From Callorhinchus milii (taxonomy: Eukaryota): a stretch of DNA of 64,000 nucleotides. Below are positions 1 through 11,904 of this stretch, in pieces. Each line of letters starts with the position of its first letter. Positions within the stretch are counted from its first letter, which is position 1. The position numbers and the translations under genes were made by a program. The notes beneath the pieces were generated by a model. The model did not search any database, had not been told where the DNA came from, and saw only the letters and a program-made list of their open reading frames with translations. The DNA is taken from contig NW_024704742.1 in the NCBI RefSeq assembly GCF_018977255.1, positions 54,748,001 to 54,812,000 on the forward strand, in the 5' to 3' direction.

Positions 1-1636
1 CGTGAAACAGATGAATGTAATGACCAATCTCAAACTATTCATTTTTGATGAAGCAATTTTACTCATGGTGTGTCCTTTAAGATTAATGCTTTATTTCAGG
101 CATAAGTTACCAAGAAGACAGAATGGAATAACTGAAGAAATATCAAGATCTACAGTACAGAAAAGTTCACAAGGTGAACAAAATTCAACAAAGTATTTTT
201 GTTTAGACAAGTGTTAATTTTGAATTCCACATAATGTAGAACTGCAAGTATGCTCAATTCATTCCCATCAAACATGTGCATTTCCATAAGTAAGACTGGA
301 TAAATCATGCAAAATAGCGTAAGAGTGGGTTGCATCCCAGCTTTGGGAATGAAGTAAGAAGGACATTTCACACAAGGCATAAAGCATTCTACCATTCTCT
401 ATTTTCAAAGGCTGAAATTGTGAATAAAACAGGTGACACCTCCATTTGTGATGTAGCAACTGTATAAATATAGGAAACAGTTCCACACCTGTTAGCCCAC
501 ACAGAGTAACAAAAATGTTATTAAAACATAACTATAAACTGAATCTGTCCCATATAGTCTATACTAGATAAGATCCGACTTCAACAAAAACATTTACTTT
601 GAAAAGCTTTGTAGTCAAACCTTAATTGTAAAGGCTAATTATTCAATGTCAGTGTTAGCACTTAAGATGAAGGAAGACACCGTGTCTGTAAAACATTTAA
701 CATTTTAATTCCCTTTTGAATTTGTACTGCATTCATTACAGAACTGGAAAGGTTTCTTTATAAAATGAAAAGAAACAGATGCTTCTCTCATAGTACAGTC
801 AAGAGACAACTACATATAGATTAGATAATAAAAAATGTTCCGTAGAATAAAAATCTACGGGTAGTACTTTTTTGTTTCATTATTCTGTAATCACCATTTG
901 CACTGAGAGAGAACTCTCTGAGTAAATATTGGCACAGTTCATTTTGGTTTTGCTTTATCTCACCTGTACATATCTAAGTAAAAATAAACTCTGCTTAATA
1001 AATAATTATATAAAATAAATATATGTGATTTGGAACTGTATAAATACATCCATCCTAAAAGAATTGTAAAAAGGCTTGTGTCCAACTTTGTTCAAGACAA
1101 ATGTGAGCTTGAATATCCACCCAGCATTTGTGACGAAGGTTACACTATTGTGCTTTAAATCACAATAACACTCATTGTGCTGATACTCTGTGGAAAAGCT
1201 AGCAGGAGTCTTCATGATGAATTTTAGGATGACCCTCTGACCTATCTCCACAAGTCCAGAAGCTGTTTTCTCACAATTAAAAGTAGGAACTTTTTTTTAA
1301 ATGACACTAATATGTCATGTTAACTTGCATCCTGGAGAGAAGGCACCAGCAGCATCGATGATCAACAATTGAAACTTCTCTTCATCTACCACATAAAGCA
1401 TTACTGATGCCAATAAGGCCGATCAACTCATAGTTTAAAAGTGTAGAATCCAGAACAAGGAACTGCACATCTGAAAGAAATCTTCTGATCTGAAGAATCT
1501 AAGGCCACAACTCTGACTAGTCATCCTTTGGGACAAGTCTCCTAAAGGCTTGTAGCTGCAGGAAGCTGATGTTCAACATCCTTGGTTCTGTGAGGAACAG
1601 GATATTTAAAAAGGCTTCTCAAGACACAATGTAGCT

Positions 1637-1882
1637 TCAACTATATCCTAATATATCTCTATAGAGCTCGGGTACTTTCTCAGGATCCACGGGTCTCGGT
1701 AGGAAATGTGTAAACTTCTGATGTCTTTTGGATCTAGTCCCATCTCTTGGCGATCCATCTTTGTTAAGTGCAACAAAATATCGTCGCCCTGTGTCATTAT
1801 GTTTATACAGGTTGGAAGAATACGTGTTGTACCAGTTTTCTTCAAATTGCTCCCTAAAGATGCATTCTGCTATCAGTTTTTC
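1637..1882 (-). CDS. FGF20: Fibroblast growth factor 20, coding exon 3 (last)
   Basis: Minus strand: ctttctag|GAA AAA CTG... translates [81 protein letters not shown], with TGA at 1639-1637. This is the FGF9/16/20 C-terminus, and phase 0 matches exon 2. Confidence 0.97.
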   Translation of the reverse strand, partial: EKLIAECIFREQFEENWYNTYSSNLYKHNDTGRRYFVALNKDGSPRDGTRSKRHQKFTHFLPRPVDPEKVPELYRDILGYS

Positions 1883-2906
1883 CTAGAAAGAAAAGAATAT
1901 ATAAATGAAAACAAATGTAAAATTCCAACACAAATAAACAGTCATTTTCGATATTCCAACTTGATACTTTTCTACATGGATTGTAAACCAGACTATCTCT
2001 ACGGTCTTGTCTATAGCTGTTAATTTAGCTGCAGCATTTCTCAGAATAGGAAAGTAACAATGTATTTATTGGTATAATTTCAGATAGGAGAGACTGAATG
2101 GAATGATATTTACAGTGTGCAGACTGTTTCAGTGAAATACATTTTGTAAGCCTTTCATGTACCGTGAACACTGGCATATAAATCCTACTGGTATAAAACT
2201 CAAACTTGTGACTTTCACGAGACATTAAAAGTTCACTTGCGTTTCAAGTTTACATGATTTAAACGATCTATATTATACATCCAATTTTACTACAAATCCA
2301 GAAGTAACAAATGTAAAAATCATTATTACACCTACAATGTCTGATATGATTTGTTATAGTATCTACATGTTATTTTAGAAAACAAAGTGGCTGAGATCCT
2401 GCTCAAACTAATTTGTTCTCAATTTACTGCAAGCCTTAACCAACTGACTAATTGTCTGCACGCTCTACTTGTTGAGAACAGTCCAATTGCTCCAGGAACT
2501 TGATTGTAATACAAAGACCTTTCACACTCAAAGTAAAGCCTCAACCGTTTTATTCATTCACTTCCAGAACTTTACATTTTATTTGGTGGCAATGTACTGA
2601 TTACCAATATAAAGTGAACAGTTCTTAAATGAATATATTTTATGCAAAATTCTATTTCTTTGTCACTTGAGGGAAAAGGATTCTAGCATATTAGAGCCAG
2701 TTATTTCAAAAACGTAGCAAATAATTTGAAACTCATTGCAACACATGAAAATATCTATAATATTACATTTGTATTATATAAGATAGTTAGTGCTATTAAC
2801 AAATTAATACATAGTACATTTGAATTAGTAACCCCCCCACCACCCCTTATGAATTATTTCCATATGATTTTTCCTCTTTACTCCATCTCAAGATATGGAT
2901 GATGTC

Positions 2907-2992
2907 AGCATTTTGTTCACATCACAAGTTGCCTTGAGATGATTTTACATATAAAATCAGCTCAAGGCAACTTATGATGTGCATCAAATGCT
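2907..2992. repeat. Near-perfect inverted repeat (41-bp arms, 4-nt loop) in FGF20 intron 2
   Basis: Arm 2907-2947 versus the reverse complement of 2952-2992 matches at 36/41 positions; loop CATA. Confidence 0.9.
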
Positions 2993-3479
2993 TCTCTTTC
3001 AACCATTACAGCCCTTGTGGTGATAGTAATCCCACAATGTAAGCAATTGAGTGTCTTGCTAGGCAATTTCACATGACATTTTAAGTCAACCACATAGTGT
3101 GGGACTGGAGTAGGATATTGGTGAACCAGTTGGGTATTCATAACATTTACATTGTTTCTTTCTACTAAGCATTATGTACGCTTCTTTCAGCACTATAATT
3201 TTAAAATTATTTATATTAATAAGCAACAGTGCAGGTAAAAATTCAAATCATGGCTAATTGTCATTTCTAATAATCAGCAAGGTTTCTTGTTGCATTATAA
3301 TAATTCTGATGCACAGAATCATAATCAATTTTGCTGTAAATTTAAGAAGACATTTCCAAAACACTTTAATGATATACTAGTGTGATAGTCCCAGCTGGAT
3401 ACCTTGCTCTTGTAATTCAAGTTATGTAGATTGAAACAAAACAAATAGCTTTTCCTCATTATGAAATATCGCACTTAGA

Positions 3480-3747
3480 ATTGTGCCCGGTGGCAGCATT
3501 AGACACACTCTGGGTTTGGGTACTGTATATGTTACATGTAGTGAAGGGATTTGCCAACATACACTCAGCAGCAAGGCCCAAGCACAGCTCAAGACCAACA
3601 CTAATCATTCCCTTACCCCCACCACCCCCATGTACTATAATATGTCTATTTCTGTTACTCACACTCCTACCTATTAAACTTTGCTATCTGTGCTCTGAGC
3701 TGCTGTCCTGTATGAATGGCGCTATATAGATTCAAGTTGTTATTGTA
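3480..3747 (+). mobile_element. Degenerate LINE/SINE 3' end with L2-type tail
   Basis: Ends in ggcgctatatagattcaagttgttattg, the same tail pattern as L2 copies elsewhere in the window. Confidence 0.5.
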
Positions 3748-5126
3748 CTTTGTCTGTGTTATTGCTGAATTGTGCTAAGCAGAGCTAAACTCGGCAACAT
3801 TTCTAAATTCATCACATTCTGTGTCATTCTGGTAGAGGATGAACAGTACAACTGGGGCCCAACTGGTCTTATTCCATGATTCTGTATTGGACCTGAGACT
3901 ACCTACATAGATATGATCTCCAATGACTTCAGCTTTGCAATTGAATCACTGCAAGGCCAACCTTTTACGCTTCACAATGGAAAGCTTATGAAAATGCCTG
4001 CCAGACTCTCTGATTTTCTATGGTTAAATTAGCCTTTTTTAACATTACAAAATGTACTACCAATCAGAAGCCAGCAACCAGTGCTCTGCACATGTGGTTA
4101 TATATGCATTCAAAGAGTTCTGCTTCTTGTGCGTAAAGAGTGGTACTTGTGGGGAGTGTAACTTGTATACGTACTATTATTTGTGAAATGCAATCATGCA
4201 CTGGGACCTCTCCAATACCAGCATAAAAGCCACACAAATAGTCTTTGGGTTCCCTGTGAACTGAATAGAGACAACCATAACCACCTAACAGATACAGCAC
4301 TATCACCCAGTCAATTGCTTTGGTTAAGATTGCAAAACGAAGGAAAAGAGGGAATTAGATAATGTGATTGATCAGATAATGTCATCATTGATCACATCGG
4401 CCACTGAAACTCTTGGTTCTAAAAATCAAACCTGACAATGGAAGGACAACTACTTCAAATGTTCAGGTCACATTACCTAAAGCACCTACTGGTGCTTAAG
4501 GTTTCCTCTGTGATTAAGGTGAAAGAGTAATATGTGGAGTTTTTAAAGCAAGTTCTTTTAGAAGCCCAAGCAATTTGTCACCAAATAAAGGGTACAACAG
4601 GCACAGGAGACAAAGAAGAAACAGGGAAACAATATTCTCACAAATATGTTCAATGAAAGTTAACAGTTACTTTCTTCTGTTGCATTTATAATAGTTTTTT
4701 TTTGGAGGGGGGAAGAGGTGACACAAGTATATTTACCTTTATCCAAAACACTCAACAACTGAATAACTTCTCATAAGTAGTGCATACTAAGTACACTTGC
4801 AGCTTAATTTAATCTGATATAATCAATTAAAGTTTGAAAACTTACAATATTATATAAAACTTGCTGTCTGTCTAACGCTCTTTAGAAAACATGAATAAAC
4901 CAAAGATGCTCCTCACCTTTGCCACTGGATGAATATTTCAAATGATACAAGTTTCAGAAGTAGCCACATACACATACATCAACAGTGCACACCATAAAGT
5001 CTAATAAAGTGGCTTTTACACACACTTCGTGCTGCCGCTGTACAGAATTGCTTGGCACGAAAATCTTAAGAGCTACAAAAGCAAATCCATTCCATTTATC
5101 AGTTGTCACCTTTGGGGTCAGGTTTA

Positions 5127-5279
<153 letters not shown>

Positions 5280-5687
5280 TTAAGGCTTGCATTTTGAAGG
5301 CATTTTTTGTAGTTAAAAGATTCAAAGGTTAGTTAGCATCTGTTAATCGGTAGTGCGTTAATGCATTACTGCACTATAATAGGCAAAAATCGTGTTCCCG
5401 GGAATATAGGACCTTTGGGGTTTGTGCAAAACTTTTCCATCTTAATACCCTGACACGCGGGCTGGGCTGTACATGTCGGGCAGTCCGATACAGGACAGCT
5501 GGTCCCTGGAACTTCCGCAGGTGTGTGCCAGAAACAAAGTATTTTGGGGCAACACTCCATACAGGTTTCCTAGAAACACTTGGACTGTGTCTCTCGGTCT
5601 AAAGTGTATCACAGTCAGAGCTGCTATTTCCGAAGCAAAATGGCATGAGTGCGACAACCTCATCATCAGTTGCTTTCCCAACTAACC

Positions 5688-6228
5688 CATAGAGTAGGGA
5701 TTATTCGAGAGGGACTTATTTTGGAGCCCCAGATTTGGATGTCTTGGATCCCAACACCTCGGAAGGTTTGTGGAGCCGGAATGCCGGGCAGACAGAGAGC
5801 CCAGGGACAGGTGAGGGGGAGCCTGGCAGCGGCCCTTGCAGATCGCAGTGAAGCAAGATTGCAAAGGGGAGACTGCAGCCACTCGGGGGAAATACTGTTG
5901 AGCAGCAGCTAAATAAATACCTGATGTGCACTATTACAGGTGTAGTGTTCCCTCGATGACGTACAATTATTAAAAATGTTTATTAACGTCTGCGTTACGC
6001 AGGAACACAGGAATGTGCAGAACCGGGGAAAAGCACAGTGGTCCATCCGACTGGACCCAAATAATCAAATTACGTGTGTAAGCTTCATTTGCAATGGGTT
6101 ATACCTGGTTTATATATGTGTTATATTTGGTGCAATAGGATGCATTTGTTTAAGTCTTATTCTTTCCGAACCGAGGGAGGCCCTGGGATGGTTTTAATAA
6201 GTCCCTCTCGAATAATCCCTACTCTATG
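5688..6228. mobile_element. Non-autonomous DNA transposon (MITE), 541 bp, perfect 33-bp terminal inverted repeats
   Basis: CATAGAGTAGGGATTATTCGAGAGGGACTTATT at 5688-5720 and its exact reverse complement at 6196-6228; no convincing coding capacity between them. Confidence 0.8.
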
Positions 6229-6787
6229 TCCCATTAAATACACGTTTCTGGTGGTTGGTGTCCCTGATGTGTTTTGTCTGGTGATACCAGTTTGAAAAAT
6301 GTAACGAGAGCGATTCATCTCGAGTCCAGACCACATCAGACAGGAGAAGGAGAATAGGGGCTGAATAAAAATGAGAAGTTTAAAAGAAAACCTGGAAATG
6401 TTTGATGTAGCGCTGAAGGCTTTTTTTGGGGGGTGGGGGGTGTTCAAAGGGATGGTTTTATGTTTACTTAGCGCTTTACTTGGGGTTTCTTTACTGCTGT
6501 GACAGATCCCTCACGAAACCTATGATCTTAAGGTTGCAATAAAAAGATAACACGTTGCATTTGCGTTTAACTTCATCACCGCCACTACCACCTAAACATG
6601 AGTGAATAACACAAGGACACATATCCCCAAAAGATGTGTGTGCAGAGACATGACTGCTCATGGATGGTTAATCCTGGGTCAGTCTGGGTTATTACTAAGT
6701 TAACCACACGATCGCAGATCATCGCCGAGCGACCGATGCACAAATGTATTCAAGTTACATTTTCAAGCACAACAGTTTACTGTGCAC

Positions 6788-7860
6788 ACAACCAACCAAC
6801 CAATCAACCAGTCAGGCAACCAGCCAGCCAGGCAACCAGCCAGTCAGGCAGGCAACCAGCCAGCCAGGCAACCAACCAGCCAGCCAGGCAACCAACCAGC
6901 CAGCCAGGCAACCAGCCAGCCAGGCAGGCAACCAGCCAGCCAGGCAACCAACCAGCCAGCCAGGCAACCAACCAGCCAGCCAGGCAACCAGCCAGCCAGC
7001 CAGGCAACCAACCAGTCAGCCAGCCAGGCAACCAACCAGTCAGCCAGCCAGGCAACCAACCAGTCAGTCAGGCAGGCAACCAACCAGCCAGCCAGGCAAC
7101 CAGCCAGCCAGGCAACCAACCAGCCAGGCAACCAACCAGCCAGCCAGGCAACCAACCAACCAGCCGGGCAACCAACCAACCAGCCGGGCAACCAACCAGC
7201 CAGCCGGGCAACCAACCAGCCAGCCGGGCAACCAACCAGCCAGCCGGGCAACCAACCAGCCAGCCAGGCAACCAGCCAGCCAGGCAACCAGCCAGCCAGG
7301 CAACCAGCCAGCCAGGCAACCAGCCAGCCAGGCAACCAGCCAGCCAGCCAGCCAGCCGGGCAACCAACCAGCCAGCCAGGCAACCAGCCAGCCAGCCAGG
7401 CAACCAGCCAGCCAGGCAACCAACCAGCCAGCCAGCCAGGCAACCAGCCAGCCAGCCAGCCAGGCAACCAGCCAGCCAGCCAGCCAGGCAACCAGCCAGC
7501 CAGCCAGCCAGGCAACCAACCAGCCAGCCAGGCAACCAACCAGCCAGCCAGCCAGGCAACCAACCAGCCAGCCAGGCAACCAGCCAGCCAGCCAGGCAAC
7601 CAGCCAGCCAGCCAGGCAACCAGCCAGCCAGGCAACCAGCCAGCCAGCCAGCCAGGCAACCAGCCAGCCAGCCAGCCAGGCAACCAACCAGCCAGCCAGG
7701 CAACCAACCAGCCAGCCAGCCAGGCAACCAACCAGCCAGCCAGGCAACCAACCAGCCAGCCAGGCAACCAGCCAGCCAGCCAGGCAACCAACCAGCCAGC
7801 CAGGCAACTTGCCAGCCAGCCAGGCAACCAGCCAGCCAGGCAACTTGCCAGCCTGCCTGG
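6788..7860. repeat. Complex tetranucleotide satellite (CAAC/CAGC/CAGG units) in FGF20 intron 1
   Basis: About 1.07 kb built almost entirely from CAAC, CAGC, CAGG (and CGGG) tetramers, nearly T-free on the plus strand. Confidence 0.97.
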
Positions 7861-7970
7861 CACCCTGGCTGGCACCCTGGCTGCCACCCTACCTGGCAAA
7901 GCTCCCCATCACAGCATCCGCGCCTCTTGGAGCTAAAACGCTCGCAAAACCACGCGACAAACCCGGGGAG

Positions 7971-7972
<2 letters not shown>

Positions 7973-8019
<47 letters not shown>
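7973..8019. repeat. Poly-G homopolymer (47 nt)
   Basis: Uninterrupted G run. Confidence 0.9.
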
Positions 8020-8020
<1 letters not shown>

Positions 8021-8185
8021 ATCTCGGGTATTTTAACGCGAGGTAGTAAGTGCGGGTCAGCCCCGGGTCGGGCGCGAGACGCTGCAGCGTCGGCCGTTCG
8101 GGTTGAAAGGTGCGCAACTTACAGCCGCCGACGGTGAGCGAACAAATACGGGATTGAAAGGGGGGAAAAAAAAGGCAACAGCTAC

Positions 8186-8459
8186 CGAATGGGCTGTGGT
8201 CTTTCCTGGTGCCCTGGACCGTCCCATCAGGAAGGATCTCCAGGTGAAAGCCGGTCCTGCAGTACAGCTGCCGCCGCCGCAGGATCCCCTGCAGATGCAC
8301 TAAGTCCGTGGCGGTGCTTCGGGATAACCTGCTCTCCGACTGGGCGAGGTGGTCACTCAGCAGCACCGGGGTGTCCGCCGCCGGGAGGAAGAAAGGGGCC
8401 GCGCCGTGGCCGGTGTCCAGACCGCCCAAGTAGCTCCCAACGTCGGCTAAGGGGGCCAT
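8186..8459 (-). CDS. FGF20: Fibroblast growth factor 20, coding exon 1
   Basis: ATG at 8459; [15 protein letters not shown]...[37 protein letters not shown](G), donor G|gtagct. The N-terminus MAPLA.VG..LGGL and adjacency to MICU3 point to FGF20 rather than FGF9/FGF16. Spliced CDS 274+104+246 = 624 nt. Confidence 0.95.
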
Positions 8460-8707
8460 GGGGAGCCGCTGATCACCACCGACACCGACACCGACAGCAA
8501 CGGCAACGGCTCTGGAGGATGGCTACGAATGGCAAACAGGGGAAGGGGCTGGGGGGGGGGGGGAGGGTGGGGGGGGGGGGGGGGTGGGGAAGTCGGTGGG
8601 GGGCGGAGAGAAAAAAAATACAATGCACACAAATAAAATCACCAATGCACACAAAATAAAATGCAGAGTTTTCTGATGCCCTGTGTGTGTGATAGTTTCT
8701 TCTGGCA

Positions 8708-8802
8708 CTGAGGCACTGAGTGAGTGACTGAGGCAGTGAGTGACTGAGTGACTGAGGCAGTGAGTGAGTGAGTGACTGAGGCAGTGAGTGAGTGAGTGAG
8801 TG
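8708..8802. repeat. (GAGT)n / GACTGAGGCAGT compound microsatellite in the putative FGF20 5' UTR
   Basis: Repeated tgagtgagtgactgaggcag units. Confidence 0.85.
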
Positions 8803-9460
8803 ATTACTGGGAGGACGGTAGTTTGCGCTGTTGTGGAGCGGATCAGATGATCCGCCTCTGTTTATATACATACCTTATGTAAATAAGCTCTCCGGGCACA
8901 TATATTTATATTTATATATATATATATATGCTAATCGAGCTGCTATCGTTCGGATCGTTCAAAGTTGGTCTGAAGTTTATTCCCGAATCCGGTCCCGCAG
9001 CAGAGGCGAGTCGACTTTCTTTGCACAAAGTGTCCGTGTCCACTCCCGGAGCAAACCCAACCAGCACCGCCCGCAAACACAGCCCGAACCACTGCTCTGC
9101 TCTGCTCTGCTCTGCGGAGATTCAGCACTCAGCGGATTTCTGCAATCCCCGCGTCCTTACCTTTTTGCTGAGCGGAAGGTATTCTAAGGGCTTCGGGTTA
9201 TTTTGCCCGATTCCGAACTGTATTTTGCTGTAATGACCCGGGAGCCTGATTTAATAAGGACTGCTTGGTGCCTGTGAAATACGTGGAGCAGGTGCAAGGC
9301 GAGAGGGGGACGAGGGGGAGGCGTTACCTGTGCTGGTACCTGCCCAGACACATTAAAACCAATCTGTGATTTCTGGATCTCAACTTCAAAGGCAAACGCA
9401 AGGTTTTCCTGCAACAAATATTGATAGTCGTTTTATAACGCATTTGGTTGTGGGCGCACC

Positions 9461-9462
<2 letters not shown>

Positions 9463-9493
<31 letters not shown>
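9463..9493. repeat. (GA)n microsatellite
   Basis: Direct reading. Confidence 0.95.
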
Positions 9494-9498
<5 letters not shown>

Positions 9499-9734
9499 AA
9501 CATGAACAGTGCAACGTTTCTTTCTGGTCGTTGAGTTTCAGCGTTAGTCGTGTTGCACTTTGAGTTACCTTTTCTTAAGAAGTAAAAAACGTGCTGTGCG
9601 TTGATGTGGTCTGGGAATCGTAGCTGAGCTGAACTGTATGTCCGTGCATCGCAGCACTTCAGAAAACCAGTGACACAAGAACTGTTAAAAGCAAACGCAT
9701 CGTTCAGAGCCTTTCGGCAAAATGCAGTTTAATA

Positions 9735-9987
9735 ACAGAACACCAAATACTGCAGATGCTGGAAATCTGCAAACCGAAACCCAAGTGGCTGGGAACACTC
9801 AGCGGGTCCGGCAGCATCTGTGCAGAGAGGAAAGTGAGTCAACGTTTCAGGTCCACGACCCTTCGTCAGAACTGGGAACTGGGGTCTGGTGAAGGCTGAT
9901 GGACCCGAAACGTTGACTCACTTTCCTCTCTCCATAGATGCTGCCGGCCGGACCCGCTGACTGTTCCCAGCCACTTGGGTTTCGGTT
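9735..9987. mobile_element. Palindromic non-autonomous Penelope-like element remnant flanked by a 12-bp direct repeat
   Basis: About 100-bp inverted arms spanning 9767-9992; TGCAGTTTAATA at 9723-9734 and 9988-9999; CTGANGA...GAAACGTT motif typical of Penelope pseudo-LTRs. Confidence 0.7.
9837..9873 (-). ncRNA. Candidate minimal (type I) hammerhead ribozyme
   Basis: Minus strand reads AGTT-CTGACGA-AGGGTC GTG GACCT-GAAAC-GTT-GACT: conserved CUGANGA and GAAA boxes, stem II, stem I (AGUU/GACU), palindromic AACGUU in place of stem III. Confidence 0.55.
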
Positions 9988-10781
9988 TGCAGTTTAATAG
10001 CACATTGATAGCAATGGAGGAAGGAGTGGTGTGAAATGCCGCAGATATCAAATGCTGCTTAAAATGTAACGAGCAAGTGATTCATTATATAGGGATACAC
10101 AGGACCAAATCCATCCACCAGCACCCTCTCCCCTTTAGCACTCTGCCCTGAATGGTGAAATGTTGTATATCCAGCACTCATTTCAGATTGCAAACCATAT
10201 CAACCCTATTCTAATATTCTAATAATATTCTAATAAATCCCTGGAAATATTCCAGCATAACGTGTCTCTCCTCACTGTGGTCACTGGGGGGTAACATTAA
10301 TCGAATGAATGAATGAATGATTCAATCGCTTTACTTAATCTTCTCGTCAAGAGCAACCTCTCCACAGAAAGTGGGCAGAGACGACAACACACTGCAGAGC
10401 CACCGACCAGTCGTGATACCATTGCCATGTCTCCTAAGCCTTAAAAGAAATTATGGTTTCTTTTAGATAAATAGGGCAGCTGAAAAAATCAGACTTTTCT
10501 TGGTCACCCTGTACTTAAAAGTGTGCCTGTGCGCACGAATCATCTTGGCAATGTTCCACTTGGGAGGGATTTCCAACTTAATTATATTCTTGTGTTAAAC
10601 AGTCAAGATAAATTGGACCCAAACGAGTACAAACGGACGCTTAACAGGTGTCGGTTGTATTATTTCGCTTTGCAAACTGCGATGTCAAGTGGTTGGGACC
10701 CACTAACCGCTGTAATTGCGATCTCAAAGCATATCTGTGTCAACATCACAGCCCAAATGTTGACACTTCCAGTGATGAATT

Positions 10782-10833
10782 CTTTGAAATAACTGTCTAA
10801 TTGTAGTGTGAAATCAAAGCAAACTGATCAAAG
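10782..10833. promoter_or_regulatory. Cluster of three TCF/LEF consensus sites
   Basis: CTTTGAA 10782-10788, ATCAAAG 10813-10819 and ATCAAAG 10827-10833. Confidence 0.4.
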
Positions 10834-11904
10834 TTCAGAGGAGGGGAGGGGGGGGGGAACCTACATTCAAATTTACTCCTCAAAGCAATGTTTGTTTTGT
10901 TACCGAAACACCACGACATGGTCGGTTTTATGCCTTGTCACAGGATCCAAACCACTGGATTGTTGTGGTTGAAATATCACAGACACGAACATCATGTGTG
11001 TTGCTCTTCGGGAACATTTAATATTACCGCCTGAACTGCTGCAACGTGTGATGTTTCTCTTGCGACTGACAGTGAGAGCAACAGTGGTCAACACTTGTCT
11101 GTCTCTCTGCTCCAAGGGATTGGGGGCTGTTAATCACTGGAATGGCTTCTCCCTGTGAATCGCCTGTGCTGTTGCATTGCTTTGCTTCGATTTCATGAGC
11201 TCCCCCCCCCCTCCCTCCCTCCCCACTTTGTAGGTTGCGACCAATCTTTTGGGATATTTAACCTCTCACGTCCTCTCAGGTTTCCTTTCGGGATGTCCCT
11301 CAAGCGCTTTGGACGAGAACCATGAAAGGATCGGCCTTGTCTGATTTTGCCTGTAAAAGGGGTAACAATTCTGGTACAAGGCAACGCCACCCTCTAATGT
11401 AACGTGTAATATTGTCAATGCACATTATTATCCACGCAGGCGTTTGGTAAAACCTGCAAAGGTTTTTGTATGAAACTAAATGTGTGTTATTACGGTTCTA
11501 TGGGTCAGATTATGATCAAATAAAGAATAATTAATGGATGTAATCCCTCTTGCAATGACATTCTACTAAATCATTCCCATGTGTCCATTTAATATCTAAA
11601 CTGGTATTTAAGATGAATTTCCAACTGGTTTATTCCATGGCAGTACATCGTTTTCAAGGCAGGAAAAGCCACAGCACTCAGTGGAGCTGATAAATCACTG
11701 TAAGCACAGTAGTGCTTTAATGATCCTAACATAATCAATTGAGTTGCATTGTAAACTTGGCCGTGGAGATACTAATCGAGTCTATGGAGTCAAAGAGATT
11801 GAATTTTTGTAACATTTTCAGTCGTAATGATGAAAGTATCAGAAAGGGGATCTGTATTTTCATTTTACAGGAAAGGAACAATAAGTGCATAAAAATAAAG
11901 TCAT

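Larger units (their letters stand above)
7900..9720 (-). promoter_or_regulatory. CpG island / promoter region of FGF20; candidate TATA box TATATAAA at 8868-8861 and TCF/LEF motifs at 8958-8964 and 9385-9391
   Basis: High CpG density relative to the flanks; plus-strand tttatata at 8861-8868; TTCAAAG (CTTTGAA on minus) motifs upstream of it. Confidence 0.6.

Noticed and set aside
1..1636. FGF20 polyadenylation site and miRNA target sites
   Set aside because: AATAAA (minus strand, 95-90) and AU-rich tracts exist, but the region is AT-rich and the 3' end cannot be fixed without transcript data.
7973..8019. Poly-G run as a precise functional element
   Set aside because: Long G homopolymers are error-prone in sequencing; length cannot be trusted without reads.
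6634..8046. Long ORFs (259-470 aa) on both strands with QPASQ/WLAG repeats
   Set aside because: By-product of a stop-free tetranucleotide satellite inside FGF20 intron 1; no domain content.
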